Positions 49,335 to 63,074 of a stretch of DNA of 64,000 nucleotides are shown one piece after another. The DNA is from Phoronis australis. Taxonomy: Eukaryota > Animalia > Phoronida. The translations under genes were made by a program, and so were the position numbers. Every line of letters begins with the position of its first letter. The stretch's first letter is position 1. A model generated the notes under the pieces. It was given only the letters and a program-made list of their open reading frames with translations. It searched no databases and was not told where the DNA came from. The stretch covers positions 155,534 through 219,533 of the forward strand of contig NMRA01000250.1 of the NCBI GenBank assembly GCA_002633005.1, written 5' to 3'.

Positions 49335-50627
49335 ACTAGAGAATTTCTGTTATAAAAATTTAAAGAGCAAAGACTCGTCTCGAGGCTTCCAGGATATGAT
49401 GACAGAAATTCAGATCTCGCCAAGTTCACATTAATCTTCTTTAATTATGAAAGTAAAATTATTCAAAAATGGAAATTTTATGATTATGTACTAATTAAAT
49501 GTAATTATAATTATGAAAATAGAGAGCAATATAATTCACATGCACTTAGTATTGATGCCATTGCCAAAGTGAATGTTTTGTGTGTCCTTTGAGCGGTTTG
49601 ATTGATAGAGGGGTGGACGCAAAAATACAGACTCGAAAACAGTAAAAATGGCCACTAGGTGGCGCAAACTATGTCGAATCTATCTGAAAACGGCAGGATA
49701 GCGTCATCTCACTATTAGGTGCCTACATACCAAATTTCATGAAAATCCGTTCAGGACTTTTGAAGATACAAAGGTAAGCGTAAAAAACTAAAATTGCCAC
49801 TAGGGGGCACACCAGTAGTAGGATCCGTCCAAAAGTCNNNNNNNNNNNNNNNNNNNNNNNNNNNNNNNNNNNNNNNNNNNNNNNNNNNNNNNNNNNNNNN
49901 NNNNNNNNNNNNNNNNNNNNNNNNNNNNNNNNNNNNNNNNNNNNNNNNNNNNNNNNNNNNNNNNNNNNNNNNNNNNNNNNNNNNNNNNNNNNNNNNNNNN
50001 NNNNNNNNNNNNNNNNNNNNNNNNNNNNNNNNNNNNNNNNNNNNNNNNNNNNNNNNNNNNNNNNNNNNNNNNNNNNNNNNNNNNNNNNNNNNNNNNNNNN
50101 NNNNNNNNNNNNNNNNNNNNNNNNNNNNNNNNNNNNNNNNNNNNNNNNNNNNNNNNNNNNNNNNNNNNNNNNNNNNNNNNNNNNNNNNNNNNNNNNNNNN
50201 NNNNNNNNNNNNNNNNNNNNNNNNNNNNNNNNNNNNNNNNNNNNNNNNNNNNNNNNNNNNNNNNNNNNNNNNNNNNNNNNNNNNNNNNNNNNNNNNNNNN
50301 NNNNNNNNNNNNNNNNNNNNNNNNNNNNNNNNNNNNNNNNNNNNNNNNNNNNNNNNNNNNNTAGGTGCCTACATACCAAATTTCATGAAAATCCGTTCAG
50401 GACTTTTGAAGATACAAAGGTAAGCGTAAAAAACTAAAATTGCCACTAGGGGGCACACCGGTAGTCGGATCCGTCCGAAAGTTCGCACATGCCGTCCCAT
50501 TCATGAATGGAACATATGTGCCAAATTTCATGAACGTATGTCAAAGGGTTTTGGAGATAGAGCAGCGGACGCCAGACGCCGGACGCCGCCCGGACGGACG
50601 GAGATGACGTATGTGGGCGCATAAAAA
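49335..50627. mobile_element. Non-autonomous Helentron/DINE-like element with internal tandem repeats spanning an N gap
   Basis: Begins AACTAGA; the same ~120 bp flanks both sides of the gap (49715-49837, 50362-50482); GGAC-type microsatellite then GGGCGCATAAAAA at the end. Confidence 0.55.
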
Positions 50628-51991
50628 TGGATGACAGAATTCATGTGAAATACTGCATCTTGATTTTCACTCAGGGCAGAACTAATGATGAGCGATGGGC
50701 GATGTAAATTCTTATATGTATCAGCGACTGCAAATACCCATAACATGAGTTACGTACTTGAGAGAAGCCGTTTTTAATTGATGCTATGGTCAACAAATGA
50801 CGTCACAAAATGACTGAATCATGCTGGGCACAAAATCAGCCTTAAAGTCGCTTCATGAGACTATGAATTTGGATTCATTTTTTGGTGGCGGCCAGCAAGA
50901 TGGATTTGACCAACAGTAAGTCGGAAGTACTTTACTAAGAGTTGAGTGTCACTAACAGTCATTACTATTATGTAACAGGTCACCATTAATTAATAAAAAA
51001 ATAATTGCAGGCAGTCTGGTATGTGTTGTACCAGACATGCGCAGGCCACTCCTGTGGGTCCATTCCACTGATCATTTGGAACCATTTTCATGCTTTATTA
51101 ATATATAATTAAAACCGAGCTGAGGAGCTAGACATCTGACTCAAGGTCTAGTAGGATGCCCAGTGGGACTCAAACCCATGACCTTGAGTACAAAGGAAGC
51201 AGCCACCTATCCTAGTGGTCCACACTGCCTCCTCAAAGGTCAACATTCCTTCATATACAGTAAAATCTCACCAATTTATGTTGAACAAGAAATAAGTAGC
51301 ACCGAGTACATGAATGAACAATTTCAAGCTACACATCGTGGCCACCATCACAGAAATTGTGGGCATTCACAATTATTAAAAGGTTTTAAAATAAAAAACA
51401 TCAATTTTATCAATTATTTATGTCCCAAATTGGTGAGATTCCACCGCACCCAGGCATTGATTGTGTGTGCATCCCTTGACACTATTATAAAGTGGTCTGA
51501 ATTGTGTCTTTCAATCTGTAATCTGATGTTCTGTTGGAGTAAAAGTCATAAAGCACTGTCTTAATACTCTCAGTAACTTTCTGTTGACTTCTGCATAAAT
51601 AGCATCTACCGGGCTCGAAAGTACAAGTGGGAAATGTAAAATTTGAGTAGAAAATTGGCCTCACTTGTATGGGCACTGGATGTTTGGCATTGTTTTTTTT
51701 TTGAATGCCACTTTGTATGAGCATAAATTCGGAAATATGAGCGCAAAATACACCGTAACTCGTATTTTCGAGTGGAGATTTTCGCCTATGTCGGCCACTG
51801 ATATTCTGTGACAATGTTGTCACTGCATTAAAGCTACCAGAATGCACAAAGGACGCTTCAATGAAAATTGTTTGAAAACAAAAGGGTTGCAGTTAGTGCT
51901 GACCTATTCCCAAATGCTATGTGTCAGCTCTGTAGAACAGAAGACAGTTTTATGTTTGCCAACAATAAATGGAGCAGTTCCAAGTACAGCA

Positions 51992-52044
51992 ACACACACC
52001 CACACCCACACCCACACCCACACCCACACACACACACACACACA
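51992..52044. repeat. (CACACC)n / (CA)n microsatellite
   Basis: Directly visible. Confidence 0.9.
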
Positions 52045-52200
52045 TTATATATATATTTCCTGGATTTGCATTTTATGATATGTTTTAACGTCACCATGTC
52101 TCATCAGTATGACCAAGCGACAAGTCATATACTCGGAAAGTTTCAGCAAGTAAATGGAAATGACGGAATGAGAGTCAAATTGAGCTAAGTCAGTTTCTTG

Positions 52201-52481
52201 GAATAGGCCTCACACTTATACCAGTGAATGGGCCTCACGTTTATACTGGTGAATGGGCCCCACGTTTATACCAGTGAATGAGTCCCACATTTATACTGGT
52301 GAATAGGCCCACGTTTATACCGGTGAATGGACCACACGTTAATACCTGTGAATGGACCACATGTTTATACCCGGTGAATGGGCCACACGTTTATACCAGT
52401 GAATGGGCCCCACGTTTACACCGGTGAAAGGGCCCCACGTTTATACCAGTGAATGGGCCCCACGTTTATGCCAGTGAATGG
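52201..52481. repeat. 25-bp minisatellite, about 11 copies
   Basis: Unit TTATACCAGTGAATGGGCCCCACGT. Confidence 0.92.
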
Positions 52482-52679
52482 CAGCTATGAATTAAAAGTG
52501 CTGTAACAATTTTTTGGTAGAGCATAGGTTTATAGTAGCTTAAGTAGCCAACAGAGTTAGTTCCAACTGAAGGTTACTTAATGTACCGAGCTACAGGGGG
52601 AGGGGTCAGGGGTCAACTACTCAACCTCAAAGCATGACCAGTTAGAAAAGATGAGTGTAACGTATGACATGAAACTGAC

Positions 52680-52781
52680 CTCTTTTTCCCTCCTCTTCTT
52701 CTCTCTGTACTCCTCAAGTTTTGCCTTCTTCTGCTCGGCTTCAAGTCTAGCTCTCTCTTCCTCTTCAGCCTTAAGTTTTGC
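52680..52781 (-). CDS. CCDC191: CCDC191 exon (coiled coil)
   Basis: 102 bp, phase 0-0; AKLKAEEEERARLEAEQKKAKLEEYREKKRREKE. Confidence 0.85.
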
Positions 52782-53107
52782 CTGAAAGTGGAAGTCTCAG
52801 CTAAAGCAGGCTGATCACGCAAGGCCCATAGCCAGCTATTTAGAAGAAGGTCCCTATTTGAAGATTTGTAAGTTGGAACCTTTATCTCACTGGACAACAC
52901 ACAGAGTCTTCATAAGACACAAATCACACAAGGCCCATAGCCAGCTATTCAGAAGGTTCCCATTTGGGTAATTGGAACCTTTATGAGTTGCCAGATAACA
53001 CACTGGGTACTCTAGCTATTTTGAAGGTTCGACCAATTGAGAAAATCATACTCAACATTACAGATCAGTAAAAAATACTGTCTAGTCTTATGTGTGTTTT
53101 TGGCAAC

Positions 53108-53206
53108 AGTCTAATATAATGTGCCTGCATTTTGAGAACCAGTTTGATGCTTGATAATCACAAAAAGAAAACTGGTTCTCAAAATGCAAGCATGTTATAC
53201 CAGACT
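53108..53206. mobile_element. Small hairpin MITE
   Basis: TGCATTTTGAGAACCAGTTT / AAACTGGTTCTCAAAATGCA inverted arms extending to AGTCT...AGACT; one arm also occurs at ~11244. Confidence 0.65.
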
Positions 53207-53532
53207 ATTACCTGTTTTGTAATTGATACAGCTGATAAAACAATGCACTTTGTACATGTCATTCAAATAGCTCCGTATCTTAAAAGTCACTTTTGATAAA
53301 ATACCTCTCCTCATTCTCGTTGAAATTGAGAAGAGGAAGCTTTTAAGCAGAACAGAGAAGAAATTAACATATTTTAATTAGGAAAATAATGAAGTTTAAG
53401 CGAGACCAAAATGAAACTTGACATACATTATACAGAAAAATGACATGGACATAAATCCTCAATAATTTCATGTTAAACTTTTTACCTGAACTATTGAAAC
53501 AAACAAATCAGATAATAAAAATGAAAAATTAC

Positions 53533-53615
53533 CAGCTTCTCTTCATCCGCTTGTCGCCTCCTAGCCTCTCTTTCAGCCTTCATCCGTGCCCGTTCCGCAG
53601 CACGCTCTTCCATTC
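53533..53615 (-). CDS. CCDC191: CCDC191 exon
   Basis: 83 bp, phase 1-0; MEERAAERARMKAEREARRRQADEEKL. Confidence 0.85.
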
Positions 53616-54410
53616 CTAATGGCAAGTAATATTAAAACGATACAACCCCATAGACTTATTGGAGCCCCAACTCTGTAAATTCCCAATTCAGCATAAGACC
53701 TGCTTCGACCACCAGTACTATAAAATAGTTTCACTATAGGTCTCGACATCACTAATCACTAGCGCCATCATGTGTGATGGCAAGTATTACTTCAGGCTAA
53801 TATGTGGACTTCTCAAAAACTGGAAGTTGAGTTGTGTACAGTAGGAGCGTCCTCTAGTAGTTTCATAGGAAAATATCAGAGTTAAGAATCTGTTGTCTAT
53901 GATAAATGGTAACACCAAATGAACATAACTGCTCAAGTTAGATTAAGTACAATTTATACATAATATGATTAGGCAACGCAGGTACTTTTCTCAGACACCA
54001 AAAATGCAACAGCAACGTAAAGCATAGAATTCCAGAGTGCACTACAAAGGGTATGATTCTAAGGGTACCTTTCAAGGTAGAAAGAGACAACGATTTGACC
54101 ACAAGAGGTAGCTGCAACAGTTATAATTGACAAAAATGTGTTGGTACCTCCTAACTCCCCGTATTGTGCCACCAAGAAGACTATGACAGGAAGTGTAACT
54201 TTCAAAATTTAATAAGAGCCACACAGAGTATCAATATGTGTCCCCTTGATACACTACAAAGCTTAAGATGAAAGCTTCAATGGTTGCTCAATATTTCAAA
54301 TCATTCCCAACAGAGAAAAAGGGGACTGCAGCACTAGCTGGCAGCAAAATCTGCCATGTCTTCAGGATAATTTGAAAATTCTGCACAGAAAGTGCAAACA
54401 CATCACCCAC

Positions 54411-54502
54411 CTTTGACGAAAGTTGACTGCTTACTGTCTTTGGACACAGTTGACTGCTGCGACACAGAGGAGCGAGCAGTATTGACAGCCGACGGATCAG
54501 AC
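54411..54502 (-). CDS. CCDC191: CCDC191 exon (low-complexity linker)
   Basis: 92 bp, phase 2-1, open and phase-compatible with both neighbours. Confidence 0.7.
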
Positions 54503-55329
54503 CTACGACGTGCAAAGAATGGGACGGTACAGTTTGTAATAAGCAAGGTAAATTATCAAGTCAGTAACCCATGATATGGATTAGTTTACTAAAAATCCTC
54601 ACTACATTACATAAGAGAAACAGAAATCAGCTCATAAAGTGCCAGACGAGTATACCTGGTTTGAATGACTAGTAATTTTTGTGTTGTGGTCTACAATGCT
54701 TGACATCTTTAGTGAAAACTAAGCAATTTTACAGAAACGTCAGTGGCATTTTAAAGCCCCTAATTGTTTTTTAGGTGACTTGGTGTAGTATTTCTGTGAC
54801 AGGGTGTCATGATAAAGAATGAAAAGTAAACAACTTTTGACTTCTTTCTTTATTATCATGATTATAGCTAATAAAATCATGGCGAAAAGCATAGTTGGTT
54901 CTGGGCTGCATTTTTTTTTTAAATACCCAGTTGGTGGCGCAGTAATTGTTTAGTTACTGGTGCAGCAGTTTTTTTAGTTGCCAACATTATGCAAGAAAAA
55001 TGATGTGGGATTTGTGTTTGTGCTCTATAATTTGGGGCAAATCATAGCATTTTAAAACTTGCTTACTCTTGTTTACACAGGTCGGTGCAGCTTCTCAAAA
55101 CAATGAAACCTTGGCGGCTGGATGCATTTTTAGTCAGCAACCACAGGTGCTCAAATCAGTCGTAGTAAAGATCAGAGCCAACTTAACTTTTTAGCCTGAC
55201 CAATCTGAGGAATGTTCAATATTCACACACTGGCTGCAAGTAACAGGACCTAGATATCTCAATACACTCTACAAGAATCTGCATCCAAATCATTCAAGAG
55301 AACTGAGTTCATAAACACCAGACACTCAC

Positions 55330-55460
55330 CGGACAGACGATGCTGTACTCCTAGCTGACAAGTTTCCAGCGGTGGATGGTTTATCTTTACTAATTTTTGA
55401 CTGACTAGAATGTAGTGGGACTGTTGTCACTGGCATGTTGTCGATATGTTTCTGCAGCAG
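55330..55460 (-). CDS. CCDC191: CCDC191 exon (linker)
   Basis: 131 bp, phase 0-2, ttccag / gtgagt, open frame. Confidence 0.7.
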
Positions 55461-56179
55461 CTGGAATTAATATCAGCCAATGTAGCAAACGATCTCCTTT
55501 ACAAGCTAAGAATAATCAGACAAAATGACCCAGAATTTCACCCCATTACGATTAACCACAAGACTAAAAAAGTGGAGTTCTCCGTCATAATAACTGAGTG
55601 CAAGTGGATTTCACCACCATTTGGAATGATAACTCACAAGTCGACTGGTCAACACCTATCATGACTGGGAAATGTTAGCCAAGTTTGGACATTTTCTATG
55701 GCTTTACACAACCTTAAATGCTCAAAGACACAACTACATGATGGGATCCAACTCATGACATTCCGTTAACACCCCACTATGTTAATCACTGAGCCACAGG
55801 TGCTAGACCACATATATGGAATATTTAATGTCAATTTAGACAATTTCTAATAAGAAAACCGAGCATGTCTTAAAAATGACAGGGAACTGAACAGTTGTTT
55901 TCTCTCAGCATTTTTGTTTACATTCTAGCTAAAAAAAACAATTAGGTAGACATATTAGTGTTTACGGATACTTACTCAAAATAAATGTAGGCAACTGCCA
56001 AATTTCTGTCCAATTACAACTTTGACAATCAATTTTTGTCCAACTTAAACCCTCACCTCTACTATATGTCCAATCACAATTACACTGACCTCAATTTTCT
56101 GTCCAATGACAACACTGACCTCAACTTTCTGACCAATTACAACACTGACCTCAACTTTCTGGCCAATCACAGTACTGAC

Positions 56180-56593
56180 CTGCTGCTGTTCTGCCTGCTG
56201 CTTTAACACCTGCTGCTGCTGGTTGAAGATCAAGTCCTCAATCATTCTTTGCTGCTCGCGAATTTTCTTCTGCTGCTCTGACAAAATCTTCTGCTGAGCC
56301 TTCTGTCTATGTTCAAATGTGTTTGGCACAAACGGAGTTTTCTCCCATGGTTTCTCATCCTCCGTCTCCTCTCCTTCATTGCCAATGGCTACATCAAAAG
56401 CATCAACGGGAGGGGCATCGCCACCGGCGACATTCTTCATGGATGGGTGAGCAATTTGCTCTTTGCTGAGTTTCACGTGCTTCTTTGTCACCTGCCAAGG
56501 CTCTGTGGGTTTACGGAGTTGTTTACTTGACGCGTTGTTGGTTCGGCTGGATGCACTGGATAGCTTTTTAGAAGGTTGGGCAAACAACTCATC
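56180..56593 (-). CDS. CCDC191: CCDC191 exon
   Basis: 414 bp, phase 0-0; contains FEHRQKAQQKILSEQQKKIREQQRMIEDL. Confidence 0.85.
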
Positions 56594-56987
56594 CTGAATA
56601 ATGTAAATTGAAGCAGCTTACTTAACTGTAGCATGGCATTGTTATAATTTGGGGGATTTCATCTACTGCAAACTTAATCAGTTAGCGTCGCTGCTGTCAT
56701 TTTTCAAATACATTGTGGGACAGTTGTTGACTTGTAAACATCTGGTTTCCCAATGTTCAGCCGTCCCTGTTGACAATTTAGGTTTAGTAGTTACTGTGAG
56801 TTCAATACCTAGAGAATGGATGCTTCATTTTATTTCAAACAAACCCCAAAGCAGTGGCTACATTTTTGTACATTTTATCAGGGAGGGGGACGGAATTGAC
56901 AATTTGTAAACATAACAGTTGCGATGGCAAATGATGCATAACATTCAGCTTGTCAAATGATGTTACAATCATTAAAGAAACCTTTAC

Positions 56988-57240
56988 CACTTTGGTCCTA
57001 GCTGATGCTGTTTCCTTCCTCGCTGAATGCATTGATCCCTCACCACCCGTATTACTATGACTGGTCCACAATCGGCCGCTGGCAGCTGCCTCCAGGAAGT
57101 CGGACATCTTGTTACGTGTCTTACTCGTCTCCTCCATGATTTCCACGTGAGTCTGTTGTCGTTGAACCCACGCACGCCACGACTGGAAGTACTGGTTGAG
57201 TAGTTTAAGTCTCACGTGATCCTCGGCCATTTGATTCAAC
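56988..57240 (-). CDS. CCDC191: CCDC191 exon
   Basis: 253 bp, phase 2-0; YFQSWRAWV...KTRNKMSDFLEAAASGRL. Confidence 0.88.
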
Positions 57241-58515
57241 CTAAGGAAGAAATGTTTGATGAGCTCTAAGCCTGCCCTCTGCGAACAAACTTAATACAGG
57301 AAAAGGCCTCTTATCCCACCAGTCCACACGGCCTCCTCTCAAGTGTTACTGAACTGTCAGTTAATCTCATGCTCAGTTACCGCTTCTAAGTTGTGCAAGG
57401 AGCAAGTTGATACCAATTTTGTAACAGTTAGTGGTCGAAGATATCTTTTTTGACAGCGGGGATGTTCATAGCAGGTCCCATGCAGCGTTAGTTATGTCAG
57501 TCAGAAGACACAAATTTCAAAACTCAAATAAGTCAAGTAAGAAGTCTAATTTGATAAAGGGCTTGCAGCCTTGAAAACACCACACGCTCATTGGCACTAT
57601 TTGATCAACTGCTATATGTATTTTGTATAATCAGCAAAGGGTCCAGTTTCAAGCATGTGTTACACGCCATTTCATAAGAAAAATTTTGAGACCTAATTTG
57701 CACCTGAAATAAGAGGCCAAACTTTGATTTATTTTTTTCCGAGAGTGGAACAGAAGGAAAAGTACTTTCAATTCATGAATGTTTTGGGGATAAAATGAAA
57801 AAATTAACGTTGAGGAACTTAAAATTTACTTGGTGTTCTAAATGAAGCAAGGGACCATCCCATAGAACTACCTGTATTCAGGAAACTGGGTCCTTTATTA
57901 CACAAATGCCTCTTATCTATTTCTTCTTCCAATCTATACAGATGTCAAACATAGGGACATTACTTGCTGAGTATTGAATTGCCCATTGAATAAGATGCTC
58001 AACAACATTTTATTTGTTAGTTTCGAAAATCAAAGTAACAGCCAGTGCTCAAATTTGATTGCGTATTTGCGGTTGACGTGATTTTATGATGAGTACAATG
58101 TCCTTAATACACATGTAGCTCTCAGTCAAACAAATCAACAATTAACTCTCCTCGTACAGACAGAACAACCGGGCAAGACCTCTGACTGGTGCTCAGTGAT
58201 GACTTCCAGCTTACAAACCAATCAGATGTCTTTGTTGGTTGACTCTGCGAAACCAGTGAAGTAAATCAAGAGCAACCTTTGAAGCTCTTCCCTCTGACCT
58301 TGAGAGGGTTTGCAGAAACTTTAACTCCTGACTACCATATCTGGATAGATACAATACAAGTATGCAGTGTTGCGCTTTAGCATTAAAACTGCCCACTTTG
58401 AAACCCTGTATCTCTTCATTTTTGCTGAAGCGGGTCCCCACAAGCGCAGTAGTCTTTCAACCAAATTTGAATTCTGAATAGCTATTAAATATTAAATAAA
58501 AATATTGCTGCTCAC

Positions 58516-58706
58516 CTGTGCATATACTTGACTTGCACCTGGTGTTCGATGTCCTCCCGCTGTAGCCTACGAGAACGCGTGTACGCTTTCCAGGCATTCC
58601 ACGCTCTTAGTAGACATCTCCAGTCAAGGATGGCCTGAGCCTTACCCATTTTAACCCGCTTCTCCAGAACGAGGTCGTACCAGGCGGAGAAGTGTCTCTG
58701 GAGGAT
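58516..58706 (-). CDS. CCDC191: CCDC191 exon
   Basis: 191 bp, phase 0-2; LQRHFSAWYDLVLEKRVKMGKAQAILDWRCLLRAWNAW. Confidence 0.9.
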
Positions 58707-59381
58707 CTGTTGAGAGAACAACACGATTTGAGAATATATTACAATGCACAACTACCAAGTTGTCTCCTTGGAGGGATACGCCCTTTGACTACGTATTCAG
58801 GAGCACCCTTTTGAATACCGTAATCAGACATGTCGACATCATGGCGCCTAATTTTGTAAATTGCAATAAGGATTGATATTGACATCGACTACTAACGTGG
58901 CACTAAATTCTAATTACAGAGTGGCTTGGTCACGTGACTAACTTTCCTGTTAACTCCCCTTCATATCTGACAATGAAGAAAGGCTACTCTGAAGATCAAT
59001 TCGGCTTTCGCCCAGCCGTCATGACGGGGAATTCATTTTGTCAGAACACTTCTGGTGTGTACTGTACGTGCCACCGAGAGAAGGAATCATGGTAGACATG
59101 TGAGACTTTGTTTTTCATTTTTTTCATCAAAATAAATTGTTCTCATTGTACTACATCATAACAACAACCAGAAAATCTTTTTTAAGAAATTGTGTTTTTC
59201 TCCAAAATAAGCTTACCATGATCTCAAAGTGGTTTCAGAGAGTTTGTTTTGAATGACTGTTTTGCATTTTGGATCCTTAGACTATTAAAACTTACTATCA
59301 AATGAGTTCTGAAGTCCAAACGTGCTAAATTAACAGCTGAAAAAGAAAAAAGGTAAAACTACCCATAAACCAGTGACTAAC

Positions 59382-59514
59382 CTGTAAACGATGTGCTGCC
59401 TCTTTTGTCTGCACGACTTCCATAGCTTTCAGCAGATTTCTGCGTTTACGTTCTTCACGCTGAATCTCTTTAGTTGGCAAACTTGTGTCAGAAAATGTGG
59501 CTGTATGTTCACTC
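59382..59514 (-). CDS. CCDC191: CCDC191 exon
   Basis: 133 bp, phase 2-0, open frame. Confidence 0.75.
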
Positions 59515-60124
59515 CTACAGTGAATTAGTAGAAAAAATACATCTAAAGCTTATCTATCAGCAACAGTAGTCCGAATGGTTATTTTCAAAATGGCAGTGCA
59601 GATCCAAGGTCATGATTCATGAGTAGGAACAAACTACTTCTTGACGGTTACGTAAATGTGCCTCTGTCGTCAGTAGCACTTCCAGACTGTTTCATTAAAT
59701 AACATTTCAGACTCAACTCAAGACAGAAACTTTGATTCACCCTCCCATTTCACTCTTCGTGAATTAACTTTTTGCCATGTAATTGTTACCAGGTAATAGT
59801 TTATAATAAATATTTAATGAATCAAAATTACCCTCCACTATGAAGTTTGGGTATATTTTTAAGATGCTTTTACTTTTGCTGAGGTGAGATGAAATTATTT
59901 TTCAGAAACTGTTTCACAGCTGACATGAATGAATTCATATCAGGCTAATAATAAACTATCATCATACAGCATTTCATACTTGGAAAACGTCTTTTGATCA
60001 TTTATCATTGCTGTGGGATAAGAAATCATTAAATTATCAGAGTTGATGACAAACCTTGTATGAACTGTTAATGTCATCTTTTCAAAGCAAAAAAAATTAC
60101 TTAGGATAGCAAACAACAAATCAC

Positions 60125-60259
60125 CTGTCAGAAGGGGGACCCCATGCTGTTCTGGGTGAGCTGTTCATTGATAACACATCACTTCTCTGGGTCAACAAAT
60201 TGTCTTGATTTTGGCTGAGCACATTTGGTCGAACATTCTCCATGGATTCTTGCTTTTTT
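60125..60259 (-). CDS. CCDC191: CCDC191 exon
   Basis: 135 bp, phase 2-2, ttgtag / gtgatt, open frame. Confidence 0.7.
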
Positions 60260-61084
60260 CTACAATGACCCACACATATTTGAGGAGTACAATAAAAGAG
60301 CAAGGCAACAACAAATGATGATTATATTGCCACAAGCAATTCACAGTTTCAAAAAAACTGCATAATATACAAGAAATCACATAATATTAAACATGCAAAA
60401 AAAATAAAACAGGTTTTAGATTTGGTTGATACACCTCTCAAGGTCCCACGGGACTATTAAACGAGGGGAATGTTGACTGCAAAAAGATGACTGTATGACT
60501 AATGTTAAAAGAATACCCACCACAAGCCTAAATGACTCACTCATATATATTTTATGTAACAACCAAACGGGGTCAAAAAACTTCTATTGAATTTTACAGT
60601 TATTAACTGGAAGGCATCGAGAAGAGATTTTGTGTGTTCTAGGGTTGCGCGTGAATAGTGGACTTTCCATCACAATAATATCTCACAATTGGCATAACTT
60701 TAAACTCTGAAATCAATACCAGAGAGATATGGAGTAATAAACCCATACTCTAGAGGCCAATGACGAACCTGTTCTCCAACCTATACTCAATCGTCTGTCA
60801 GTGTGGCTTAGTGGGACTCAAAAACACAATCTACAGATCAGGTGAAGGCTGCAATACCAATGAGGGACACTGTCTTCACCCTGTATCATATAACTAACAA
60901 ACCAGCTTCATTCTATACAGTGTTTACTTGCATCAATGTCTTATACAAGCATTGTGCACCAAGAAAGCCTGTGCGATGGTTTATGACAAATTAAGTCAGC
61001 CATGAAAACGACATGCTTTTTTGTTCAGAGTTTAGATTTCGAAAATAAGTTACTAAATGAAGACTTGTGTTGAAAGAATTTTAC

Positions 61085-61197
61085 CGTTCTCTATCGATCC
61101 GTAGTCTTTCTTCCGCCATCTCCCTTCGTATCCTCGCCATTTCTTGTTGTATCAACTCTTCCTCTTGTTTCTTTTTGAGCTGTTTGTCTCTGTCCTC
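61085..61197 (-). CDS. CCDC191: CCDC191 exon
   Basis: 113 bp, phase 0-2; KKQEEELIQQEMARIRREM resembles KKEEEEIQREMVKLRREI. Confidence 0.85.
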
Positions 61198-61291
61198 CTA
61201 AAAGACAAATTGAATAGCCATAATATCGTTTTCAACATCGCCACAGCTTTGCGTGCAAAGCTGGCATGACAATGTATATCGCAACCATTTT

Positions 61292-61417
61292 TAAGTCTGG
61301 TCAGCATACCCACTAATGAATATAAGTCTGAAAAGATTTCTGTCCCAACCGGGACTCAAACCCACGACCTCCTCCTAACCGTGCAGATGCTCCAATCTAC
61401 TGAACCATCAGGACCAT
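61292..61417 (-). mobile_element. tRNA-derived SINE-like unit, same family as 17895-18227
   Basis: TGAAAAGATTTCTGTCCCAACCGGGACTCAAACCC..GACCT matches 17962-18002. Confidence 0.7.
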
Positions 61418-61859
61418 CGGTCAAATACCAAGTGTTCAAACTGAAAGTGTGATGCTATCACCAAGCTGCACAATGCAAGTACTGTGTGTCTGACCAGCTG
61501 AATAATCATGTTAGTTTCATTACCTGCTTCAGCCATAATTGTTAAAGTCTCAGGCAAATTGTTATGTACTGAGGCCATTGAGCACTCACCAGAACTGAAA
61601 AACGAGGGAACACAGCTTGCTTGGAGTGGTTGCCATTTTCGAAACTTACTCAATGCCACAGACCTCCACTTTGAGGAATTGCCATGTTTCATAAAGCACA
61701 ACATGCCCAATTGACCAAAAGAACTTCATAAAGGCAAAGTTTCACTTTAACGAGAATGAGATGATGGTTACTGTGCGAAAGCAAATAAAACGTCAGAGAT
61801 GATATCCAAGACAAAGTCATGAAAAATCTGGCTGACTGATTTAAATGAGTTTTCTTTAC

Positions 61860-61964
61860 CTTCATAACAATTTGTTTAGCCTTAAGCTGAACTTCTTTCT
61901 GACGCTGTCTCTCCAACCGCTGTCTTTCTAATTCTTTCTCTCTCTTTTCCCTGTTTTCTTTGAC
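61860..61964 (-). CDS. CCDC191: CCDC191 exon (most 5' exon found; the gene continues beyond the window)
   Basis: 105 bp, phase 0-0; VKENREKREKELERQRLE resembles VKENCLRREKELEYQRIE. Confidence 0.85.
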
Positions 61965-62324
61965 CTACAGAACCAGTGCTAAATACATTATAATAGACTA
62001 ACTCTTCCTCTTTGAATCCCTACCAGGACCTCAAACACTCATCAAATACAGCACTAGTGCATTTTTGAATATATGGCAACCTTGCATACTAAGTCAGATC
62101 CAACCGAACTAAGACTTTATTTGAATAAGACACAATATGGCTTATGTGTTACCATGCTTTGTCAGAGTAAATGAACATCTAACTTTCCTGAGTTTTTAAT
62201 GTATATCCTAAAACAACAGCAGAAAAACACTCATATTGTTTCTTGTTCATAAACTATTGGCATTTTATTCAAATATTGTGGCCACTAACTGCTCTCAGGC
62301 AGGTCATCCAGATTAATGCTTTAA

Positions 62325-62920
62325 CCCTTATCCTGCCCTAGGCAAGGTCAGCTGACATGCCAATTATCCTATTACAAGGTGTTGGGTGTATTCAATCCAC
62401 TATGATAAATTGCAGCTGGGCTGGGCTAGGAGATTGCACGCAGCCCAGGACACTTGTAATTTTCATTCAGAAATTGTAAGAGCCCTGAAATGTTGTTTAG
62501 ATATGTAAGCATGTGCATTTTGTAGATCACAGTTTCCTCTACATTTCTCTGATTTAAACCATTTGGCTGTGATTACTAGTTTGGGAGATATTGGCAGGTT
62601 TGTGTGTGTAGACAGTCACATAGATTCATTACATGGCTGTAGCCAGATGTGAGAGGATGACAGTGGATCAGTTTACTTTCACTAAGGCTATGATGAAGAT
62701 TTACATAATTATAGTGATAATCTCCAATAAATTCTGGACAACTTTTACATTGGCATCTTTTCTGTGAAATTAACATTTCCCCTTCAAATTTCCAGTTTAA
62801 AGTTGTTAGGTCATCAGTCCCCGTGACCTTCTTAACAGCTTAGTGTACAACAGTAGTGATGACCTAATTTGCTCAGCACACAGGGAAAGTAGTCTGAATA
62901 GAGGCTCAGCAGGATAAGGG
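62325..62920. mobile_element. piggyBac-type MITE
   Basis: TTAA-CCCTTATCCTGC ... GCAGGATAAGGG-TTAA: perfect 12-bp TIR with TTAA TSD. Confidence 0.8.
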
Positions 62921-63074
62921 TTAAATCACAGGAATAATTTTCTCCCACAGATAGCCATACAAAAACGGAGCCTGACCACTAATATTTGCCATTAGGCAGA
63001 CTGTTCTAAACTGGAAAATGGTTCGACAGGTGATGCAATAATTTTCCGGATCTTCCTAGTCAGATCAGTTTTTA

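Noticed and set aside
58985-59046. CTGAAGA / GAAA-like hammerhead candidate
   Set aside because: The core elements are not in the right order on one strand; it lies inside an inverted-repeat segment (~58825-59105).
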